A DNA stretch of 64,000 nucleotides from the NCBI GenBank assembly GCA_032128115.1, contig JAQBHB010000031.1:32001-96000 (forward strand), read 5' to 3'. Under the pieces are notes generated by a model. It was not told where the DNA came from. It saw only the letters and a list, made by a program, of their open reading frames with translations, and ran no database searches. The position numbers and the translations under genes were made by a program. Numbering within the stretch: position 1 is the first letter of the stretch; each line of letters opens with the position of its first letter. The stretch comes from Deltaproteobacteria bacterium (GTDB lineage: Bacteria; Myxococcota_A; UBA9160; SMWR01). Of this stretch, positions 18,279 to 27,729 are shown piece by piece.

Positions 18279-19358
18279 TCACCCGCCGGGAGCCGAGGCA
18301 TCGACAGCGTCTCCGCGGCGGCGCAGATACTCGGAGAGGGCATAGCCGGCGATGGCATGGGCCCTCTCGTTGGGGTGGTGGTTCGAGGGATGCACCCACA
18401 GCGACTCCGCGTCGCGTCCTCGAAAGGCATCGAGCAGGTCCAGCGTGGGAATCCCCAGGCCCCGGGCGGCCGCTGCGATCTTCGCGTGGATTGCCGCAAG
18501 CGGGTAATCGTCCAGCTCCCACATGAGCGGAAAGATCACGAGCACCAGATCGAAGGCGTGCTTGCGACTGAGCTCCTTCTCCAGCGCGAGCGCCTGCTGG
18601 GCGCTCCTCCAGCCGGGGTGGTCGGGCTCGAAATTGGCGTGCATGTCCGCCACCCAGCTGCGATTGCGTTCCCGGTTGTCGAGGCGAACACGCAGATGAT
18701 CCACGAGCAGCGACCAGGGCTCCACGTCCGCCGGCACCCTGGGCAACGCCGCAAGCCCCTGCGGGCGCAGCCCGCGCGGCACCAACACCTCCGCATCGTT
18801 CAGGACGAAGAAGACCAGGACGAGATCCGGATCCAGGCCGAGGGCGTAGTGTTCCAGCAGTGCAGCTTCGTGGGCCGCGTTGAATCCCATGACGCCCAGA
18901 TTGATGACCTCGTAGCGGGGCGGAGATCTGCGATCCAATGCGGCCTGCAGGTGTGCCAGGAACAGATCCTCATCCCGCACGCCGGCTCCGAACGTGAACG
19001 AGTCTCCGAGCGCAACGATCCGGAAGGTGCCCCTGGGCTTCTCCCGTTCGAAGGCGGGGCCCCGCCAACCCTGGGCATTCGTGTGGTAGGTGATCGTGCC
19101 GTCATCTCCGAAGTAGCCGCGCGGGTCCGAAACGAATTCGTGGCGCACGCTTGCGTTGGGCTCGAGCAGGTAGGGAACACCCGGGATGGGCGACGAGGTC
19201 CGGAGGGCCTCGGGCACGCGCATGCGGTTGCGCAGCCAGGGGGCCCGCATGTCGAGAGGCACCGGGCCCACGAACAGACGAACCCCGAGCTCGGCAGCCA
19301 ACAATACGCCCGCGACCGAAGCGAGGGCCAGCAGGGCATTTGCGAGAACGCGCCTCAT
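18279..19358 (-). CDS. SGNH/GDSL hydrolase with N-terminal membrane anchor
   Basis: 'LGDSFTFGAGV', 'NLGVMGFN', 'VLND', 'NHHPN'. Confidence 0.9.
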   Translation of the reverse strand: MRRVLANALLALASVAGVLLAAELGVRLFVGPVPLDMRAPWLRNRMRVPEALRTSSPIPGVPYLLEPNASVRHEFVSDPRGYFGDDGTITYHTNAQGWRGPAFEREKPRGTFRIVALGDSFTFGAGVRDEDLFLAHLQAALDRRSPPRYEVINLGVMGFNAAHEAALLEHYALGLDPDLVLVFFVLNDAEVLVPRGLRPQGLAALPRVPADVEPWSLLVDHLRVRLDNRERNRSWVADMHANFEPDHPGWRSAQQALALEKELSRKHAFDLVLVIFPLMWELDDYPLAAIHAKIAAAARGLGIPTLDLLDAFRGRDAESLWVHPSNHHPNERAHAIAGYALSEYLRRRGDAVDASAPGG

Positions 19359-19410
19359 TCCGGCCCCTAATCTAGTGGTCCGAGGTTCGATCAACTAGCA
19401 TGCGCTCCCT

Positions 19411-20139
19411 ATGGCGCCGCTGCTCGCACCGCCCCTGCCGCCCGGATGCCCTTGGAGCGACTTCACGCCTCCGAACGTGGACTGGTGCGAAGCCGAGCTG
19501 TGTGCGTGGGTCACGAACCCCGCCAACACCTGGTCGAACGTGCTCTACGTCGTGATCGGCGTCGTCATGTGGCGCGAGGCGCGGCGGCGCCAGAGCCGTG
19601 CTCTTTCACTCTTTGGACCCGCGAGCATCGCGGCGGGCTTCTTCTCACTGATCTACCACGCGTCCTACACCTGGGTCCTGCAGTTTTTCGACTTCGTGGG
19701 CATGTTCCTGTTCTGCTTCGTCGTGCTCACGCTCAACGCCCGGCGGATGGGCTGGATCGCCCCAGAGCGGCAGACCGCTTTCTACATGGTGGGCGTGGCG
19801 CTCTTCAGTGGCCTGGTTCCCGTGCTGTTCAGCCAGGGGGTGCCGATCCAGGGACTCGTACTGTTCCTGATCCTGGCCATGGTCGGACAGGAGCTGGTGC
19901 TCAAGTCGCGCGCGAATCCGCCCCGCCCGGATTACCGACTCTGGTACGCGGCCCTCGCGGCGATCGGACTCGCCACCACCTTCTCCGTTCTCGACGTGAC
20001 CCGCATCTGGTGCAGCCCCGACAACCACTGGATCCAGGGCCACGCGATCTGGCACGTCCTGAGTGCGCTCAGTCTCTACGCGCTCTTCCACTTCTACGCG
20101 GGCCTGGACCTGGATCGCCACGGGTCCGCACGCGTGTGA
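19411..20139 (+). CDS. Alkaline ceramidase-like membrane hydrolase (CREST superfamily)
   Basis: 'DWCE...PANTWSN', 'SLIYHAS', 'QFFDFVGM', 'GHAIWHVL'; about 7 TM helices. Confidence 0.88.
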   Translation: MAPLLAPPLPPGCPWSDFTPPNVDWCEAELCAWVTNPANTWSNVLYVVIGVVMWREARRRQSRALSLFGPASIAAGFFSLIYHASYTWVLQFFDFVGMFLFCFVVLTLNARRMGWIAPERQTAFYMVGVALFSGLVPVLFSQGVPIQGLVLFLILAMVGQELVLKSRANPPRPDYRLWYAALAAIGLATTFSVLDVTRIWCSPDNHWIQGHAIWHVLSALSLYALFHFYAGLDLDRHGSARV

Positions 20140-20151
20140 GAGTCTGGCCCG

Positions 20152-21642
20152 GTGACGGCCCGCCCTCTCATCGCTTCCGCGCTCGCCAGCGTCCGCGACC
20201 ACTTCTCGGTCGACCTGCGAACGCTGGGCCTGTTCCGGATCGGGCTGGCCGCGGTGATTCTCGTCGACTTGTCCGATCGCAGCCACCAGATCCAGGCCCA
20301 CTACACCGATTTCGGAATCCTGCCCCGGGCAGCGCTGCGGCAGCTGGACACCCACCAGCTCTACTCGCTGCATTCGCTGGGGGGCAGCCTGGGCTTCGAG
20401 GCCGTGCTGTTCGGGATCGCGGCGGTGGCCGGCGTCGCCATGCTGCTCGGCTTGTACACGCGGCTCTCGACCATCGCCTCCCTGGTTCTGCTGATATCGA
20501 TCCAGAACCGCAACCCGCTGGTCAATCACGCGGGCGACGTGCTGCAACTGGCGCTGTTGTTGTGGGCGATGTTCCTGCCGCTGGGACGCTGCTACTCCCT
20601 GGATGCGCGGAAACGCCCGCTGCCGCCCGGCGAGATCCGCTACTTCTCGATCGCGAGCGTGGCGCTGCTGCTGCAGCCGCTCCTCCTCTACGGGGTCGCA
20701 GCGGTGTCCAAGGCCCAATCGGCCTCCTGGCACGAAGGGCGGGCGCTCCATGCGGTGCTCCACAAGGCCAGCTACGTGCGACCCCTGGGAGAGCTGGCAC
20801 TGGATGCGCCGACGCTGGTGCGCAGCCTCACGTATGCAACCCTGCTCGTCGAAGCCAGCGTCGTCGTATTCCTGCTCGTGACCTGGCGCCGGGACGTGTT
20901 CCGGATCGCCGCGTTCTCGATCAACCTGGGCTTCCAGGTCGGCATCTGGAGCGTCGTGAGCATCGGTGTGTTCCAACCGCTCGCGATCCTGTCCGTGTTT
21001 CCCTACCTGCCCGGAAGCGTGTGGGAGCGGATTCCCTGGCTCCGGATCCGCGTCCGGATCCGCGAAGGGGTCGCGGCAACTCCGGACCCGCCGCCAACAC
21101 CGCCCACCTGGCTGATCTCGTGTCGCGATGGCCTGGTGGGCGTTGTCCTTCTCTACATCATCGCCACGAATCTGGTGTCCGTCGCCCCCGACCGCCTGGC
21201 CATTCGCGAGCCCTTCAACCGCCTGGGGCGATACGCGATGGTCGACCAGCGTTGGCGGATGTTCGCGAATACCGACGAGACCCGGCAGGGGTGGTACGTG
21301 GTGGTCGGCTACCTGGCGGATGGACGAAGTGTCGATGCCCTGAATCTGCGCTCGCAGGTCTCCTACGACCGTCCCTCGCACTACGCTTCTACCCTGCCCA
21401 ACAACAACTGGCGAATCTACTGGAGCCGCATCAGCGGCGACCGCGTCAGCGCCTTCCGACCCTATCTGGCCGATTACTTCTGCCGCCGCTGGAACCAGGA
21501 ACCGCGCCCGGACGGATCGATACACGGGGTGGAGGTGATCCACATGAACGAGGTGGATACGGACCCGGACGTGGAGCCGCGGTCGACCCGCGTCTCCCTG
21601 GTGCGCCTGCGCTGCCAGGTCGACTCAGCACCTGCTTCATGA
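20152..21642 (+). CDS. HTTM-domain membrane protein
   Basis: 'SVDLRTLGLFRIGLA', 'YTDFGILPR', 'SIQNRNP...GD', 'LPLGRCYSLDA', 'QRWRMFA'. Confidence 0.85.
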   Translation: MTARPLIASALASVRDHFSVDLRTLGLFRIGLAAVILVDLSDRSHQIQAHYTDFGILPRAALRQLDTHQLYSLHSLGGSLGFEAVLFGIAAVAGVAMLLGLYTRLSTIASLVLLISIQNRNPLVNHAGDVLQLALLLWAMFLPLGRCYSLDARKRPLPPGEIRYFSIASVALLLQPLLLYGVAAVSKAQSASWHEGRALHAVLHKASYVRPLGELALDAPTLVRSLTYATLLVEASVVVFLLVTWRRDVFRIAAFSINLGFQVGIWSVVSIGVFQPLAILSVFPYLPGSVWERIPWLRIRVRIREGVAATPDPPPTPPTWLISCRDGLVGVVLLYIIATNLVSVAPDRLAIREPFNRLGRYAMVDQRWRMFANTDETRQGWYVVVGYLADGRSVDALNLRSQVSYDRPSHYASTLPNNNWRIYWSRISGDRVSAFRPYLADYFCRRWNQEPRPDGSIHGVEVIHMNEVDTDPDVEPRSTRVSLVRLRCQVDSAPAS

Positions 21643-21745
21643 GCCCCTGGGCTCGAAGTCGCTGCGATGACCCCGGCCGCGCGAGGACCTTCTGTCGCGG
21701 GATCGAGTGCCGTAGAATCCGTTCCCCCACTTCCTGGAGACGGAG

Positions 21746-22723
21746 ATGCTGCGCAAGCAGTTCGCGATCGGCGTCGCATTCTTTCTCGGGCTGACGTCGC
21801 TGGTGCTGATCGCCGGGGAAGGACTCGTCCGACTCGCCTACCGGAACGTCACCACCACCTCCACCGCCGAGGGCTATTTCTCTCGCCGCTGGAAGCGTGA
21901 GCACCTGCAGCGCAACGACTCGGGCTTCCGCGAGCGGCAGGGCGGATTCCGATCGGACGGCGACCCGTACCGGATCGCCGTGGTGGGCGACTCGGTGACA
22001 TTCGGGCCTGGGATCGCAGTCGAGGAGCGATTCAGCGACCGGCTGCGTCTGGATCTCGAGACCAGCGGCGGGGCCTTCGACGTGCTGCAGTTCGCGCACC
22101 CCGGTGCCGAGCTGGACACCCACCTGGAAACCCTGACGCGCTTCGTGCTGGCCGCCGAGCCCGATTTCGTGCTGCTGCAGTGGTCCACCAACGACATCGC
22201 TCTCCCGAGACTCGGCATCCCGCGCCTGCCGCCGCTGCTGGCCGATGTGGAGGTCGCGGGCTGGCTGCGGCACCACTCGGCTCTCTACGACGTGGCGAAC
22301 CGGCGTTGGCGAGCGCTTCAGCTGCGCGGGGCCTGGCTCCCAGAGTACGAGCGCTTCATCCGCGGTCGTTATGGTGACCGCAACGGGCACGGGTGGCGAA
22401 CCGTGATGCGCTATCTGGATCGCTTCGTCGAGAGCTGCGAAGACTCGGGCATCGAGATGGGAATCGTGTTGTTTCCTGGCTTGACGCGCAGCCTGGGCGG
22501 CGAGTACGCGTCCGGATTCCTGCACGACCAGATGCTCCTGGAGTGCCAGGAGCGGGAAATCCCCTGTCTGGATCTACGCCCGACATTTGCGCCCTTTTCG
22601 GACCGGATCGAGGAGTTGTGGGTGAACGACTTCGACCACCACCCGGGCCCGCGAGCCCATCGCCTGGCCGCCGATCGCATCGCCGAGTTCTTCGATTTTC
22701 CCGGCCGCGCCGGCTCCGGTTGA
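21746..22723 (+). CDS. SGNH/GDSL hydrolase with N-terminal membrane anchor
   Basis: 'VGDSVTFGPG', 'STND', 'DHHPG'. GGAG SD and TAGAAT upstream. Confidence 0.9.
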   Translation: MLRKQFAIGVAFFLGLTSLVLIAGEGLVRLAYRNVTTTSTAEGYFSRRWKREHLQRNDSGFRERQGGFRSDGDPYRIAVVGDSVTFGPGIAVEERFSDRLRLDLETSGGAFDVLQFAHPGAELDTHLETLTRFVLAAEPDFVLLQWSTNDIALPRLGIPRLPPLLADVEVAGWLRHHSALYDVANRRWRALQLRGAWLPEYERFIRGRYGDRNGHGWRTVMRYLDRFVESCEDSGIEMGIVLFPGLTRSLGGEYASGFLHDQMLLECQEREIPCLDLRPTFAPFSDRIEELWVNDFDHHPGPRAHRLAADRIAEFFDFPGRAGSG

Positions 22724-22909
22724 GATCCGGGCATCCGAAACGCGGCTCCACCGGAGCTCCCCCCGGTGGCCGATGCCGTATTCGAAGGGCTGGTCCGCGG
22801 GCTCGCCGGCGAGCCATGCCAGGAGCGCCACGGCGCACACCACCACCGCGAACAGCAGTGCCGTGATCATGAGAGTGCGACGCAACATCCGACGGGATTC
22901 GGAATTCAT
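22574..22909 (-). CDS. Putative small membrane protein coupled to the sulfatase
   Basis: ATG overlaps the sulfatase stop (TGATG). One clear TM helix, then 'GEPADQPFEYG'. The last ~150 nt overlap the opposite-strand SGNH gene, so the true length is doubtful. Confidence 0.4.
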   Translation of the reverse strand: MNSESRRMLRRTLMITALLFAVVVCAVALLAWLAGEPADQPFEYGIGHRGELRWSRVSDARISTGAGAAGKIEELGDAIGGQAMGSRARVVVEVVHPQLLDPVRKGRKCRA

Positions 22910-24573
22910 CACATCTCGGCGCGGGTCAGCTGCTGCATCTCGGCGCGCAGCGCGCGGCGGACCTCGTCGAACCGGGGATCGCCCGCCAGGTTGGCCCATT
23001 CCTGGGGATCCGTCTCGTGGTCATACAGCTCTTCTTCGCCGTCGCTGTAGCGTGTGTAGCGCCAGCGACTGGAGCGCACCGAGAAGTGCTGATCCTGCGC
23101 CTGCGCCGCGGTGTTGACGGGCACCGGCGTGGGCCCGAAGAGCGCCGTAAGCGCCACCGACGGGCCCTCCCAGCTGCCTCCCGCCGGATCTTCGAGCAGC
23201 GGCCGCAGGCTGTGGCCGTCCGGCGCCAGCGCCTTGCGACGTGGGTCCGGTCCGTCGACGAGGTTGCACAGATCGACGAGCGTCGGGAACACGTCGATCA
23301 GACTCACCGGATGGTCGCAGCGGCCTCCGGCCCGCGAAACACCGGGCGCGATGATCGCAAGCGGGATGCGAGTCGATTCCTCCCAGAGCGTCCGCTTGTG
23401 CAGATGGTCCTTCTCTCCCATGTGCTGCCCGTGATCGCTGGAAAAGACGACAATCGTGTTCCCGGCGTGGCCGCTGGCATCGAGCGCCCCGAGGATCGCG
23501 CCCACCTGATCATCGACGAATGCGACGCAGGCCAGATACGCCTGCAGCCAACGTTTCCAGAGATCGACTCCTCCCGCCCTCAGAAGCCGGGGAAGACCGC
23601 GCGCCGCGGGCGTCCGCTCGCCGGTCTTGTCCCGCTGCCACTGGATCACCGGGACGTCGTCCAGATCCCCCTTGCGATAGGGCGGCAACTGGATTTCCGA
23701 CAGGGGAAAGCGGTCGAAGTACTTCTTCGGCGCATACAGGGGAAGGTGGGGGCGGTGGAGCCCGACGGAGAGGAAGAAGGGGCGATCCCGGGCCTCCTGG
23801 AACTGCTCGGCCGCCCAGGCTGCGCTGAGCTCATCGGGCATGAGGTCGCGGTCGCCCTCGCCGGCGTAGTGAAAGGGCTGGCCATAGAGCATCCAGCCCG
23901 TGTAGCCGGGCGTCCCCTTCTTCGGATCGGGCGGCGTATTCGGAACCATCGAGAGCGGGCCGAAGCCCTGGAAGGCGGCCGGCCGCAGATCCGCTGGCAT
24001 CGCCGGGTGCGGAGCCGGCACCGTGCGGCCGTCGGCAGAACGGGACCGGCCGTCCCAGGGGTAGGGACCAAAGCTCGGCGCGTGGCCGTAGCCGGCGCGC
24101 CCATCCGCCCGGCGGAACTGGTCCCGGTCTTCACGGCTGTGGTGGAAGACCTTGCCCGTGCCCAGAACGTCGTAGCCGTTGTCGGCGAAGCGCTGCATCA
24201 GGGTCGGCTGCGTCCCGAGGCCCGGAAACATGCGCCAGTAGTTCTCGCCCTGGCTCTGCCCGTAGTAACCCGTCGTGGATGGGTAGAGCCCGGTCCAGAG
24301 GCTCACCCGCGATGGGGCGCACAGGGGGGCATTGGCATGGGCGTTGCCGAATGTGACTCCCCGCTGCATCAACGCTCGGATGTGGGGGGTGCGCGCCTGG
24401 GGATGTCCCCCCATACCTTCGAGGGAGTCGTTCAGGTCGTCGCAGAGGATCAGCACGACATTGGGGAATCGGCGATCGGAGCAGGCGAGTCCCGAAGCCC
24501 CCATCCAACCCGTCGTTCCCCACAATGCGTAGCGAAGCAGGCTTCGGCGTGAGAGTTCGAACGGGTGAACCAC
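22909..24573 (-). CDS. Sulfatase (formylglycine-dependent), Tat-exported lipoprotein
   Basis: Tat 'SRRSLLR', lipobox 'GLAC', 'NVVLILCDDLN', 'CAPSRVSLWTG', 'GKVFH', 'SSDHGQH', 'ELYD..DP.E..NLA'. Confidence 0.95.
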   Translation of the reverse strand: MVHPFELSRRSLLRYALWGTTGWMGASGLACSDRRFPNVVLILCDDLNDSLEGMGGHPQARTPHIRALMQRGVTFGNAHANAPLCAPSRVSLWTGLYPSTTGYYGQSQGENYWRMFPGLGTQPTLMQRFADNGYDVLGTGKVFHHSREDRDQFRRADGRAGYGHAPSFGPYPWDGRSRSADGRTVPAPHPAMPADLRPAAFQGFGPLSMVPNTPPDPKKGTPGYTGWMLYGQPFHYAGEGDRDLMPDELSAAWAAEQFQEARDRPFFLSVGLHRPHLPLYAPKKYFDRFPLSEIQLPPYRKGDLDDVPVIQWQRDKTGERTPAARGLPRLLRAGGVDLWKRWLQAYLACVAFVDDQVGAILGALDASGHAGNTIVVFSSDHGQHMGEKDHLHKRTLWEESTRIPLAIIAPGVSRAGGRCDHPVSLIDVFPTLVDLCNLVDGPDPRRKALAPDGHSLRPLLEDPAGGSWEGPSVALTALFGPTPVPVNTAAQAQDQHFSVRSSRWRYTRYSDGEEELYDHETDPQEWANLAGDPRFDEVRRALRAEMQQLTRAEM

Positions 24574-24622
24574 GGGCCGTATCCTGCCACGCCGTCCGAG
24601 CCGGCGCGAAAATGGCCGAGGA

Positions 24623-25894
24623 TCAGGGAAACACGCCCCGTCGGCGCTTGGCTTCGGCGATCCGCCCGATCCCCAGCATGAGCGCGGCGGTCCGCAGGTC
24701 GACGACCTTCTCGTCCGCCGTGCGCCGCACGTCCGCGTAGGCGTCGCGCATGATCTTGATCAGCCGGCCGTTGATTTCGTCAGCAGACCAGAACTGGTTC
24801 TGGACGCCCTGAAGCCACTCGAAATACGAGACCGTCACACCGCCAGCGTTGGCCAGGATGTCGGGAACCACGACGATGCCGCGATCTGCGAGAATCTCGT
24901 CGGCCTCGAGGGTGGTGGGACCGTTGGCGCCCTCGACGACCATCCGACACTGCAGCCTCGCTGCGTTCTCCGCGGTGAGCTGATTCTGGATCGCGGCGGG
25001 AACCAGGATGTCGCAGGGAACCTCGAGGACCTCCCGATTGCCCACGAGATCCGCGCCCTGATATCCCTCGAGGAATCTGTTTTCTGCCACCCAGGCCTCG
25101 ACGTCGGCGACGTCGAGACCGTTGGGATCGTAGAGGCCGTGGTTCACATCGGAGACCGCCACGATGCGGGCGCCAAGCTCGCTGGCGATGCGCGCCACCG
25201 TGGCGCCCACCTCGCCGAATCCCTGGATCGCAATGCGAGCCTCCTGGAGGTCGATGTTCTCGAGGCGACAGGCCTCCATCATGCAGGTCATGATGCCCCG
25301 ACCCGTTGCCTCCTTGCGACCGTGGGAGCCGCCGATCTCGAGCGGCTTGCCCGTGACGACTCCCGGCACCGAGTAGCCCTTCTGCTGCGAGTAGGTGTCC
25401 ATCATCCAGGCCATCACCTGCTCGTCCGTTCCCAGATCCGGCCCGGGTACGTCGCGCTCGGGGCCGATCACGTCGATGATTTCGGAGGTGAAGCGCCGCG
25501 TGACACGCTGCAGCTCGCGGGGAGAAAACGTGCGTGGGTTGATGCGAAGACCACCCTTGGCTCCACCGAAGGGCAGCCTCACGATGGCGCACTTCCACGA
25601 CATCCACATGGCCAGGGCCGTCACCTCGCCCAGGGTCACGTCCGCGTCATAGCGCATGCCGCCCTTGGTGGGCCCCATGGTGAGCAGGTGCTGCACCCGA
25701 TAGCCGAAGACCGTGGAGACCGTGTCGTAGTTGTCGCGGCGGAACGGAAACGTAACCACATGGGCGCGCTGCGGAGTGCGCAGGCGCTGCCAGATGTTTT
25801 CGTCCAGGTTCATGCGGCGGGCGGTCTGGTCGAGCTGAGCGACCGCCAGCCGGTGCATGGGTGAATCCCACTCGAGCGCGTTGACGTCGTCCAC
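24623..25894 (-). CDS. gdhA: Glu/Leu/Phe/Val dehydrogenase (glutamate dehydrogenase-like)
   Basis: 'GYRVQH...GPTKGGMRY', 'MSWKCA...PFGGAKGG', 'VTGKP', 'EATGRG', 'QGFGEVG', 'EGANGPTT', 'PDILANAGGVTVSYFEW'. GTG start inferred at 25894. Confidence 0.93.
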   Translation of the reverse strand: MDDVNALEWDSPMHRLAVAQLDQTARRMNLDENIWQRLRTPQRAHVVTFPFRRDNYDTVSTVFGYRVQHLLTMGPTKGGMRYDADVTLGEVTALAMWMSWKCAIVRLPFGGAKGGLRINPRTFSPRELQRVTRRFTSEIIDVIGPERDVPGPDLGTDEQVMAWMMDTYSQQKGYSVPGVVTGKPLEIGGSHGRKEATGRGIMTCMMEACRLENIDLQEARIAIQGFGEVGATVARIASELGARIVAVSDVNHGLYDPNGLDVADVEAWVAENRFLEGYQGADLVGNREVLEVPCDILVPAAIQNQLTAENAARLQCRMVVEGANGPTTLEADEILADRGIVVVPDILANAGGVTVSYFEWLQGVQNQFWSADEINGRLIKIMRDAYADVRRTADEKVVDLRTAALMLGIGRIAEAKRRRGVFP

Positions 25895-26088
25895 GTTCGC
25901 AAGCCTATCACGCCCAACGAGCTGCCCGCCCTGGAGCGCGTGGTCGCGCCGGACGACTCCCCCAGCGTGCGCAACCTGCGGAACGCGGTGGCCATCACCG
26001 ACAACCTCCTGCACGGCCACACCCGGAATCCCCGGGACTACGACACGCGTGGATTCGAACGGACTGGGGATCTCCCGGTCGGCCAGCT

Positions 26089-26139
26089 CCAGCACCGGTG
26101 CGAACTCCCTGAGCCAGCACCGGCACGAACTCCCTGAGC
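26089..26139 (+). repeat. 25-bp imperfect tandem repeat in an intergenic region
   Basis: CCAGCACCGGTGCGAACTCCCTGAG followed by CCAGCACCGGCACGAACTCCCTGAG (2 mismatches). Confidence 0.85.
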
Positions 26140-26299
26140 GGCCGGCAGGTGTCTCGACCCAACAGCTGTGGGACCGCGGGTAGACCTGTGCCCACGGGTC
26201 GGGTCGGGGGTTTCCCCCACGGTCGCCGGGAACGACGCAACCCCGTGATATCATTCGCCCGCGAATCCCCGTCACCGGCTTCCCGGGAGGGAGAACCCG

Positions 26300-27010
26300 A
26301 TGACAGAAAATCCGTACACCCCGCCCAGTTCCGACCTGGGCGTCGAGCCGGGCCGACGGCTGGCCGGGGGCGCCGGCGATTTCGACATCGGGGAGTGCGT
26401 CAACGAGGCCTGGGCCAACACCTGGGCCCACTTTCCCCTCTGGCTCGGTGTCGGCTTCGTTGGCATCTCCGCCATGATGCTGGCAGCTGCGACCGTGGTC
26501 GGCCTGTTCATCGTGGTGCCCGTGCTGTGGTGGGGCGGAATCTACTTTCTGCTTCGGGTGCACGACGGCGGCGCCGAGTTTGGCGATCTGTTCGCAGGAT
26601 TCTCACGCTATGCGGTAGTCCTGGTGGGAATGCTCGTGTGCTACGTCCTGCTCTTGCTGGTGGGCATGGTGGGCCCCGGTCTGCAGTTCGCGGGCGAGGC
26701 CATCGGCAACAACGCCTTCATCTGGGCGGGCATGGCGACCAACCTGGTGATCGCCTTGCTGGTGACCCCCCGGCTCAACTTTGCCTACTTCTACATCGTG
26801 GATCAGGATCTCTCCCCTACCGAGGCGCTCGCCCGGGCCTGGGCCGACACGGCCAAGGCCAGGTGGAAGGTGTTGGTCATGGTGATCTTGAGCATTCTCT
26901 TCATGGTCGTCGGGGTCATGGCGCTGGTGGTGGGGATGATTCCCGCCGCCATGGTGGTCTCGATGATGTGGGTGTCCGCCTATCGCCAGATCGCGGGCCA
27001 GGTCGCCTGA
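26300..27010 (+). CDS. Hypothetical polytopic membrane protein (N-terminal NPYxPP motif), first gene of the MoxR operon
   Basis: GGGAGGGAG SD, TGA-TATCAT extended -10 near 26245, 'MTENPYTPP', about 6 TM segments. Confidence 0.85.
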   Translation: MTENPYTPPSSDLGVEPGRRLAGGAGDFDIGECVNEAWANTWAHFPLWLGVGFVGISAMMLAAATVVGLFIVVPVLWWGGIYFLLRVHDGGAEFGDLFAGFSRYAVVLVGMLVCYVLLLLVGMVGPGLQFAGEAIGNNAFIWAGMATNLVIALLVTPRLNFAYFYIVDQDLSPTEALARAWADTAKARWKVLVMVILSILFMVVGVMALVVGMIPAAMVVSMMWVSAYRQIAGQVA

Positions 27011-27021
27011 GCTCCGCACCC

Positions 27022-27729
27022 ATGGCAGCCGGGGTGTTGGACACCGTTCACACGGTAGAAACCCCCGAAGGTGTCCGACTGGTATTGCGCGCGGCGGGCC
27101 CCGTGCCTCGCGCCCTGGCGTTCTTCCTGGATCTCTTCCTGCGTGTGAGCTTCTACACGGTGGCGTCGCTCGTGATCGGCATCACCCTCCCCGGCTTCTT
27201 CGCCCCGCTGCTCGTGATCGTGATCTTCGTGGGTGAGTGGTTCTACCCGGTGCTGTTCGAGGTGCTGAACCAGGGACAGACCCTGGGCAAGAAGCTCGTG
27301 GGTCTGCGCGTGGTGAACGAGGACGGCACGCGCGTGGGTGGGTCGACCTCGTTGCTGCGCAACCTGCTGCTCGCGGCCGACCTGCTGCCTGGAACCTACA
27401 TGGCGGGCCTGATCTCCACGCTGTCGAGCCCGAGCTTCCAGCGACTGGGCGACCTGGCGGCAGGAACCCTGGTGATCCACGTGGAGAGGCCGAGCCCCAA
27501 GCTTCCCGGCCTCGAAGCCGCGCCCATAGCACCTCCGCTGTCGCTGACCCTCGAGGAGCAGCGGGCCGTGATCGACTTCGCGGAGCGCGCTGCGCTCTTC
27601 TCCGACTCCCGCGCCGACGAGCTGGCGTCACTGGCGACCCCGCTCCTCGGCGGCGCAGGCTCGCCCCGCCAGCGCCTGCTGGGGATGGGCGCCTGGCTGC
27701 GAGGACGCAGCCACGGGAGCCGCCCGTGA
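27022..27729 (+). CDS. RDD-family membrane protein
   Basis: 'VETPEGV', 'RALAFFLD', 'GQTLGKK..GLRVV', 'QRLGDLAAGTLV'. Confidence 0.92.
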   Translation: MAAGVLDTVHTVETPEGVRLVLRAAGPVPRALAFFLDLFLRVSFYTVASLVIGITLPGFFAPLLVIVIFVGEWFYPVLFEVLNQGQTLGKKLVGLRVVNEDGTRVGGSTSLLRNLLLAADLLPGTYMAGLISTLSSPSFQRLGDLAAGTLVIHVERPSPKLPGLEAAPIAPPLSLTLEEQRAVIDFAERAALFSDSRADELASLATPLLGGAGSPRQRLLGMGAWLRGRSHGSRP

